Shown piece by piece: positions 57,278-64,000 of a stretch of 64,000 nucleotides of DNA (position 1 is the first letter of the stretch; the number at the start of each line of letters is the position of its first letter). Source of the stretch: an uncultured delta proteobacterium (GTDB taxonomy: Bacteria; Desulfobacterota; Binatia; Binatales; Binataceae); contig CAVXXK010000001.1 in assembly GCA_963765675.1 (NCBI GenBank), positions 1,856,001-1,920,000 on the forward strand. Reading direction: 5' to 3'. A program made the translations under genes and the position numbers. Below the pieces are notes generated by a model, which worked only from the letters and a program-made list of their open reading frames with translations, had not been told where the DNA came from and made no database searches.

Positions 57278-58564
57278 TCAATCTACTCGGGCGTGCTCTG
57301 CTTGGTCGGCGCGGGCTTGTTCGGCGGCGGCTATTTCGTAGCGGGTCTTGCCGGGACCCGTTTCGGGCAGGAAATACATCGCGACGATCGGCAAGAACTG
57401 AAATACCAGGAAAGACAGCATCACGGCGCGCAGCCCGATGTGCGCGGCCAGCGCTCCGCCTAGAAACGGCGATACGAACGCGCCGAAGTACCCGATCGCC
57501 CATACGAATCCGATCGCGGCGCCCGCGCGGACTGGCGTCATTCCGGGCAGTTCCATCAACAGCGTCGTGATCGCGGCCAGCGATCCGGCCGAGCCGATTC
57601 CGACCAGCACCAGCGAGAGCCGAATCCAGGTCGGGTCGGGAATCATGATCGCGCCGGCGCATCCGACGAGCGTCGTGATCGCTACCGGCCAGGTGAACGG
57701 CTTGCGCAGCCCGGTGATGCCGGTGCCGATTCCGCCGATCGCGGCGGCGAACATCCCGGTCAGCGGCAGCACCTGGGTCATCAGCGACGCTTGCGACATC
57801 GTCATGCCGCGAAACACGCGGAAGTATTGCGGCAGAAACGCGGTGTAAATCTGGAACACCCACATCCCGCCGAACAGCCCGGCCGCGATCAGCAGCACGT
57901 CGCGCATCTTTGCGACTTCCGCCAACGCAGAGCCGCGCGCCACCGCCGATTCCGTCGTTACAGCAGGCGGATCGACCAGCGCAGTGCGGCGCTCGCGGCC
58001 GAAGAGCGTGCATAGCAGCGCGACGCCCGCCGATCCGATCCCATACCACAGCAGCACCGAGCGCCAGGACGATCCCACCGCGACGAACAAGGCAGGAGTG
58101 AAGCGGAAAACGGCGGTCAGCCCGACGTATCCAAAGGCGAAGTTGATCATGTTGATGTAGGGCCATTCGCCTTCACCGAACCACTGCATCGTGAGCGTGC
58201 CCGGCGGCGCGATCACGATTCCGTAGCCGATACCCTCGAGTACGCGGCACGCGAGCAGCGCCGCGAAGTTCGGAACGTAGCCGCTCAGGATCTGTCCGCC
58301 CGCCATCAGCCAAATACCTATGATCATCGCGCGCGCGGCGCCGACGCGTTCCGATACCACCGCGCCCAACAGCGAAAAGATGCCGATGCATAGCGCGATG
58401 ATCGAGATGATCAATCCGGCGCTACTGAGCGAGATGCCGAGGCCGTTCTTGATTTCCTCGAGAATCGGCGCGGGCGCGAGCCAGGTGAGCGACTGCGCGA
58501 TCAAAAGGAGCAGCAGCAGGACTTCGATAACCCATCGATAGGGCGAAAGTTTATGTGACTTCAC
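57278..58564 (-). CDS. MFS transporter (CynX/NimT-like)
   Basis: Twelve TM segments, GAVVSERVGAAR motif A-like, CRVLEGIG. Confidence 0.88.
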   Translation of the reverse strand: MKSHKLSPYRWVIEVLLLLLLIAQSLTWLAPAPILEEIKNGLGISLSSAGLIISIIALCIGIFSLLGAVVSERVGAARAMIIGIWLMAGGQILSGYVPNFAALLACRVLEGIGYGIVIAPPGTLTMQWFGEGEWPYINMINFAFGYVGLTAVFRFTPALFVAVGSSWRSVLLWYGIGSAGVALLCTLFGRERRTALVDPPAVTTESAVARGSALAEVAKMRDVLLIAAGLFGGMWVFQIYTAFLPQYFRVFRGMTMSQASLMTQVLPLTGMFAAAIGGIGTGITGLRKPFTWPVAITTLVGCAGAIMIPDPTWIRLSLVLVGIGSAGSLAAITTLLMELPGMTPVRAGAAIGFVWAIGYFGAFVSPFLGGALAAHIGLRAVMLSFLVFQFLPIVAMYFLPETGPGKTRYEIAAAEQARADQAEHARVD

Positions 58565-58664
58565 TCATCGGTGGTGAGGGTAACGCGTACAGGGCGATAC
58601 GCGCCAACGAAAAGCGTCGCGAGTTTCTTTCTGGTCCCGCGCCTTATTTCTTCGTCTCAATGAG

Positions 58665-59957
58665 TTACAGCTTGCGGTCGCCGGAGGCCCAGCGGAGATA
58701 GCCCGCCAGGCCCAGGACGTCGACGGCGGCGATCAGATAGAAGACCGCGGCGAATGAACCGGAGGCCTGCACGATAAAGCCGGTTACTGCCACGCCGATT
58801 ATTCCGGGAATCGCCGCAATCGTGTTCGAGATGCCCATCAGCACGCCCGCGTAGGTCGGGCCGACATCGAGATGATTGACGCCATAGGCGGCCAGGCCAA
58901 GGCCGTTGGCCGCCGCTGAAATTGTGATGAGCGCGATCGCGGCGCCGGGGGAGCGCGCGGCCGGGAGCGCCAGCAGCGGGAGCGCGCCGATCCCGAACGC
59001 GCAGGACTGCATCAGCTTGCGCGTGGCGCCGACGCTGGTTCCGCGCAGCAGCATCGCGTCGGCGATCCATCCGCCGGAGTTGACTACCACGAAGGTCGCG
59101 ATCCACGGGACGATCGAATAAATCCCGACCCGCGCCACCGTCACGCCGAAAGTGTGATGCAGATAAGTCGGCAGCCAGAGCAGCAGGATGTTGAAGCCGA
59201 AGTTGCTGCAGAAATGCGCGAGCACGATCGCCCACACCGCTTTCTCGCGCGCGATCTTTGCCCACGGCACTCGACCCGCGCGCGCCTCCGCGTTGCGCGA
59301 TGACGTGATTGCGGCAATCTCGGCGGGCGAGATGTGCCGCGAGTCTTCGGGACGGTCGGCCGCCGCCAGCATCCATGCCAGCACCCACACCAGTCCGAGC
59401 GCGCCCGAAATATAAAACAGGGCAGGCCATCCGAACGCGGCGATTATCATCGGACTGGCAAGCAGGGCGAGCACCGTTCCCAGGTACATCCCGCTGAAGT
59501 TGAATGACAGCGAGCGTGCCCGCTCCGACACAAGCATCCAGCGCGCGGTCAGGCTGTGAATCGCGGGAAAGTTAACGCCTTCACCGAGACCCAGGACCAC
59601 GCGGATCGTGAACAGCACCGCAAACGAGATCGCCGCAGCCTGGGGAGTGAAAAGCGTCGCGAGCGACCAGATGGCGACGCCCGCGCCGAGCACGCGGCGT
59701 CCACCGAATCGATCAGACATCCATCCGCCGACCAGCTGAGTGCAGAAGTATCCCCAAAAAAATGCCGACAGGATCAGGCCCTGAGCGCCGGCAGCGTAAT
59801 CGAAGCGGCGCGCGAGCGGAATGATCGCGACCGAAATGCTGACGCGATCCACGTAGCACAGCATCGTCGCAAGAAAATACAGGGCGACGACAATGTAGCG
59901 GCGCGGAATTCGCGACGGCGTGATCGAGGGCGCGGGCGATTCGGGATACGGTCGCAT
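58665..59957 (-). CDS. MFS transporter, anion:cation symporter (ACS) family
   Basis: CYVDRVSIS, SAFFWGY, GGWMSDRFGGR, GLGEGVNFPA, WLPTY, GISNT. Confidence 0.92.
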   Translation of the reverse strand: MRPYPESPAPSITPSRIPRRYIVVALYFLATMLCYVDRVSISVAIIPLARRFDYAAGAQGLILSAFFWGYFCTQLVGGWMSDRFGGRRVLGAGVAIWSLATLFTPQAAAISFAVLFTIRVVLGLGEGVNFPAIHSLTARWMLVSERARSLSFNFSGMYLGTVLALLASPMIIAAFGWPALFYISGALGLVWVLAWMLAAADRPEDSRHISPAEIAAITSSRNAEARAGRVPWAKIAREKAVWAIVLAHFCSNFGFNILLLWLPTYLHHTFGVTVARVGIYSIVPWIATFVVVNSGGWIADAMLLRGTSVGATRKLMQSCAFGIGALPLLALPAARSPGAAIALITISAAANGLGLAAYGVNHLDVGPTYAGVLMGISNTIAAIPGIIGVAVTGFIVQASGSFAAVFYLIAAVDVLGLAGYLRWASGDRKL

Positions 59958-60087
59958 GAAATCGATGCGACCGCAGCTTAATCACCCTTTGCGCGCCGCG
60001 CCAACGAGAAGCGCCGCGTGAACGCACGGACCTCGTAGCTGAGTCCATGCGCTCGCGCGGCGCGAGACTTGGGCGGGCTCTCGGGAG

Positions 60088-60516
60088 CTAGCGGCCGACC
60101 GCGTGGCGAACCGTGGTCAGGATATACAGGAAGTCGCGCGGCGAACGGACGTCGCCCATCAGCGCGACCCGGCTGAGCATCTCCATTTCTTCGCCGGAGA
60201 TATTGTGAATCCGGCGCAGTTGCTCATTCTTGCGGAAGTCTTCCCATGCCGAGCTGGCGGGAGTTTCCGGTTCCGGATTGAGCAGCGCTTGCGCGCGCGG
60301 ATTGGCAAGGAAAAAGAGCTCGCGCCGATCGAGGCCCAGCACTTCGGCCAGCCGCGTGACGATCTTGTCGGACGGATGGCGCTTTCCGGACTCCAGGTGG
60401 CCGACGTACGGAGTCGAAGTTTTGATCCGGCGCGCGACCTCTTCCTGGGTGAGGTCAAGCTGGCGGCGCCGTTCGCGAATCACCTGCCCGAAATTTCGTT
60501 CCTTGGTCCGTGCCAT
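60088..60516 (-). CDS. XRE-family HTH transcriptional regulator with a distinct C-terminal domain
   Basis: FGQVIRERRRQLDLTQEEVARRI..S..YVGHLESGKRHPS…RLAEVL; RBS gaggg. Confidence 0.92.
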   Translation of the reverse strand: MARTKERNFGQVIRERRRQLDLTQEEVARRIKTSTPYVGHLESGKRHPSDKIVTRLAEVLGLDRRELFFLANPRAQALLNPEPETPASSAWEDFRKNEQLRRIHNISGEEMEMLSRVALMGDVRSPRDFLYILTTVRHAVGR

Positions 60517-60800
60517 AGGGTATCCCTCTTTGACCTTTGAACCTTTGTGGCCCGGAGGCGGGCCGCGCTTCCCCTCGAACAAAAAGGTTTGTTTAAGTGA
60601 CTAACTGTAAGTAACATCGGGTCGCCTTAAAGGCAAACAACTAAAACCGGAAAGATGAGCCTGATGTTTTGTAGCATTTTACCGTCGCGGGGCCTCTTCT
60701 GACACCAAAATGGTGCGTTTAGAAACGCTTACGCGAATTTCACTTAAGCTAGGACCTCTCCATAAATTAGTATTATTCATCTCAGATTCGCGCCGCCGAA

Positions 60801-61154
60801 TCAATTCCCGTACGGATTGCGCCCGTGATTCAGGTAGATCGAGAACTCCGAGACCTCGCCGAGCGCCCGCGGAGGAGTCGCGAAGTGCGCTTCGGCCCCG
60901 GTCTTCATACCCGAGACGACGATCTTGTCCTGCCCGAGCGGGCGCCCGTTGGCGTCGTAGTAATGAACTTCGACGTCCAGGGGTCCGAGGTCGGGTCCGG
61001 TGTTCTTGAGGCTGCCGTCGACGAACACCTGGCCGCCGCGATGCTCCAGGTGGCTTGCGACCACGCGCACCGGCTCGACTTTGAACAGCGAGTAGAAGAC
61101 GAATGCCACAAAGACGATGGCGACGATCAGGATTGCCAGGGTGCTCTTGCGCAT
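60801..61154 (-). CDS. Membrane-anchored FxLYD-like domain protein
   Basis: N-terminal TM, VDGSLKNTG…VEVHYYDANGRPLG. Confidence 0.65.
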   Translation of the reverse strand: MRKSTLAILIVAIVFVAFVFYSLFKVEPVRVVASHLEHRGGQVFVDGSLKNTGPDLGPLDVEVHYYDANGRPLGQDKIVVSGMKTGAEAHFATPPRALGEVSEFSIYLNHGRNPYGN

Positions 61155-61485
61155 CGGATGACCGGTAGCCCGGAATACAGGGACCTCGAATAGCCGGAAT
61201 TATTGTAGCGATTTGAGCGCCGCGCGCGAACCTGTACTGGCGCATTTGCGGTTCTCGGTCGCGTGCTATCGGCGGGTAACCGGTGAGCATTCGGGTGGCA
61301 GATGCATCCGCTATGAGCATCACCGGGCGGCCGTTAACGATGAACGACGGTCCAGGGACCGCACTTTCAAACTCGAATGGAATATTGTCACGCGGGTACG
61401 AAACTTGTAATCCGTCCCGCGACGAACTCGCTGAACGTTCGTCGGCGGACAAAATCATGCCTAATTCCGTGAGGGAGGAGTCAGA

Positions 61486-62868
61486 GTGAAACATCGGATC
61501 GTTAAGAGAGCGATTTCGAGGATCGGCCCTATCGGCGGATCTGCAATGATGGCATTGCTAATCGCATCGACCGTATGGGCGGCAGGTCCGGCCGCCGCGC
61601 CGACCGCCAGTGAGCAACAGCGGCTCGACGCGCTGAGCGGTCAGGTCTCGAACCTGGCGACCAAGGTGGACGATACGCAAAGCGAGGTAAAAAAGATCGA
61701 GAAGGAGATCGTGGTGGCGGCGCCCGCCGATGCGAATGCAAAGCCGCAGACGGTCGGCGAGCATGTGGGGCTGCTCGAAAAGAATTTTGGCGATTTCAAA
61801 ACCAACGTCGAGCAGAATCTCGGCGTCAGCATCCACGGCCTGGTCGACGTCGGGTACGAGCACAACTTCAATCAGCCCAACGGCAACGTGAACACCTTCC
61901 GCGCGTGGGATGAGGACGGTTTTCAGCTCACCCAGGGCAACCTGCATATCGAAAAGGATGGCACGGTTGGCTTTGTGACGGACATCAACTTTGGCCAGGT
62001 GGCCAATTCGATCTCGGCGGCGACCAACTATTCGAACCTCTCGCACGTGGGCGGACAGTTCATCGATCCGACCCAGTACTACCTGACCTACACGGCTCCG
62101 CTCGGGAGCGGGATCAGTCTGCAGGGCGGACGCTTCGTGACTCTGTTCGGCGCGGAAATTATCCCGACCTACCAGAACCAGAATTTCAACGAGACGCGCG
62201 GACTGCTGTTCACGCTGGGCGAGCCGCTGACCCATACTGGAATTCGCGGATCTTACACTTTCAACGATTACGTTTCAGTTACCGCCGGATTGAACAACGG
62301 CTGGGATGATCCTGCCGCCAACAACAATGGCGGACCGACCGGAGAAGGCGAGCTCACGCTCAACACCAAGGACAAGTCGCTAACCTTCGTCGTCAACGGC
62401 AGCATCGGATCGCAGGCGCTTCATTCCTCGAACCAGACCCTGGGCGCGATCGATCCGATCCTCACCTGGAAGCCTTCGTTCGTTCCGAACCTGACCCTCG
62501 AGAGCGAATACCTGTACGGGTCGGAGGACGGCCCCGTCATCAACGGGCATAGCGCCTCGTGGCAGGGCTTCGCGCAGTACATCGTGTACGACTGGAACCA
62601 GTATGAGTTCGCGAGCCGCGGTGAATTCTTCCAGGACAAGGACGGTGCGCGCACCAACGGCAGTGCGCAGACTCTGTGGGAGCTCACGCAGACCGTGTCG
62701 TACAAAGTGCCTGAAGTTACGGGTCTGGTGGTCCGGCTGGAATACCGGCACGACAACTCGAACGTCGCGTCGTTCGCCAACAATAACTTCGTCAACCCGG
62801 TCACCGGCGTTCAGCACATGTGGCGCGGGCAGGACACGATGTCGACGGCGGTGATCTATGCATTCTAA
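61486..62868 (+). CDS. Outer-membrane beta-barrel porin-like protein (DUF1597-like)
   Basis: Signal peptide, coiled coil, HGLVDVGY..NFNQP, GRFVTLFGAEII, PLTHTGIR, NNGWD, RLEYRHD, terminal YAF. Confidence 0.82.
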   Translation: MKHRIVKRAISRIGPIGGSAMMALLIASTVWAAGPAAAPTASEQQRLDALSGQVSNLATKVDDTQSEVKKIEKEIVVAAPADANAKPQTVGEHVGLLEKNFGDFKTNVEQNLGVSIHGLVDVGYEHNFNQPNGNVNTFRAWDEDGFQLTQGNLHIEKDGTVGFVTDINFGQVANSISAATNYSNLSHVGGQFIDPTQYYLTYTAPLGSGISLQGGRFVTLFGAEIIPTYQNQNFNETRGLLFTLGEPLTHTGIRGSYTFNDYVSVTAGLNNGWDDPAANNNGGPTGEGELTLNTKDKSLTFVVNGSIGSQALHSSNQTLGAIDPILTWKPSFVPNLTLESEYLYGSEDGPVINGHSASWQGFAQYIVYDWNQYEFASRGEFFQDKDGARTNGSAQTLWELTQTVSYKVPEVTGLVVRLEYRHDNSNVASFANNNFVNPVTGVQHMWRGQDTMSTAVIYAF

Positions 62869-62889
62869 GGGGGTGCACAACCCCTAACC

Positions 62890-62975
62890 TACGTCTCCGC
62901 GCTCGGGGGAGCGCCCTGGTCAAAGCAGCATGGGCGGCGGACCGATTCGATCGGCTCCGCCGTCCGGCTATTTCG
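62890..62975 (+). promoter_or_regulatory. Structured leader, candidate riboswitch (DUF1646-motif-like)
   Basis: cgccc(62912)/gggcg(62932) stem around tggtcaaagcagcat is mutually exclusive with hairpin gggcggcgg..ccgccgtcc (62932-62965); upstream of a DUF1646 gene. Confidence 0.35.
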
Positions 62976-63027
62976 GGTGGCTCGCGCCGACGGAGCGGCT
63001 CTGTTATTGAGATGCATTCACGCTGCG

Positions 63028-64000
63028 ATGAATCTGCCTGCCGCAATTGTTGTTCTGGTGCTGATGCTGTTCGGGCCACTCGCGGTCCACTGGATCGAGC
63101 GCAATATCGAAATTTACATTCTCGCGATTGGCGTGGTCGCGACCATGCTGGCCGGAGGTTTCGAGCGCACGGTCGTCGAGCACGCGCTGACCGAGCCGAT
63201 CCTGATCACGCTTGCGGTGATCGTCGCGGCGATTGCGTTTGGGTACTCACGCGAATATCTCGATCGAATTTTTTCGCTCCTGCGACGGCGGATGAGCCGC
63301 GCGGTTCTGGCCGGAGCGTCGATCTTTATCCTCTCGATCGCTTCGAGCATCATCACCGCGATCGTCGCGGCGATCGTGCTGGTCGAGATTGTCCGGTTGC
63401 TGCACCTCGAGGGCGCGGCGCGTGTCCGCGTGACCGTTGCGGCGTGTTTCGCGATCGGGATGGGTGCGGCGATGACGCCGATTGGCGAGCCGCTGGCGAC
63501 ACTGGCTGCCGCTGCGCTCAAGCTTCCGTTTCTAGGTCTGTTCGATCTGCTGGCGCCCTGGATCATTCCGGGCGCGCTGGCCGCCTCGATCCTGGCCGGA
63601 GTCTTTGCGCGCGGCGATTATCTCGAAGAGACGGCGCAATCGGCAGTGCGAGAATCGCCGCTGATAGCTCTGGCGCAGGGGCTGCGCGTGTACGGGTTTA
63701 TCGCGGGTCTGGTGCTGGTCAGTTATGCGTATGCTCCGCTGGCGGTTGAGATTGTCGGACGGCTTAGCAACGACGCACTGTTCTGGGCGAACACAGTGTC
63801 GGCGGCGCTCGACAACGCGACGCTGGTCGCGCTCGAGGTTCACGACATGACACTGCCGCGGGCGCGCGAGGCGATTTTGGCGCTGTTAATTTCCGGCGGG
63901 ATGCTGATACCCGGGAACATCCCGAATATCATCAGCTCGAGCGCGCTCAAGATCGGCAGCGTGGGGTGGGCGCGAATCGGAATACCGATCGGGCTGGTCG
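63028..64000 (+). CDS. DUF1646 family putative cation transporter (3' truncated by window)
   Basis: Absent from the ORF track because it has no stop in the window; reads IERNIEIYIL, SSIITAIVAA, FAIGMGAAMTPIGEPL, SAALDNATL, LISGGMLIPGNIPNII. Confidence 0.88.
   Translation, partial: MNLPAAIVVLVLMLFGPLAVHWIERNIEIYILAIGVVATMLAGGFERTVVEHALTEPILITLAVIVAAIAFGYSREYLDRIFSLLRRRMSRAVLAGASIFILSIASSIITAIVAAIVLVEIVRLLHLEGAARVRVTVAACFAIGMGAAMTPIGEPLATLAAAALKLPFLGLFDLLAPWIIPGALAASILAGVFARGDYLEETAQSAVRESPLIALAQGLRVYGFIAGLVLVSYAYAPLAVEIVGRLSNDALFWANTVSAALDNATLVALEVHDMTLPRAREAILALLISGGMLIPGNIPNIISSSALKIGSVGWARIGIPIGLV

Overview
A 64-kb stretch of a GC-rich Gram-negative bacterial chromosome. Gene order and style suggest a Desulfobacterota/Binatota-like soil organism (inference only). 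The core backbone comprises smc (partial), ftsY-zapB-zapA-6S RNA-ygfA-rny, four tRNAs (Gln-CTG, Glu-CTC, Met-CAT, Gln-TTG), def, meaB, ispE, prs-rplY-dnaE, hflX, a pgsA-like gene and tadA. Accessory genes are interleaved: a cobalt-type nitrile hydratase operon, a Gld-like ABC system, PhyH dioxygenases, a Rieske oxygenase, an arylsulfatase with an SphA-type porin, and MFS transporters. Four observations stand out. (1) An 81-aa stand-alone protein, apparently sigma54-transcribed with an Flp pilin, is a copy (20/50 identical, ungapped) of the C-terminal domain of an XRE regulator 46 kb away, a candidate SinI/SinR-like anti-repressor switch. (2) A small GIY-YIG nuclease is bracketed by inverted CGTC-tagged palindromic repeats that also occur as dispersed REP/REPIN-like elements, a candidate RAYT-like mobilisation system. 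(3) A LytS-type histidine kinase is fused C-terminally to a membrane domain and an SCP2 lipid-binding domain, with 21-bp-period LytTR-like boxes upstream of both the regulator and a Rieske oxygenase. (4) A structured leader, possibly a riboswitch, precedes a DUF1646 gene. Four single-base +1 frameshifts between 13 and 23 kb are probably assembly errors.
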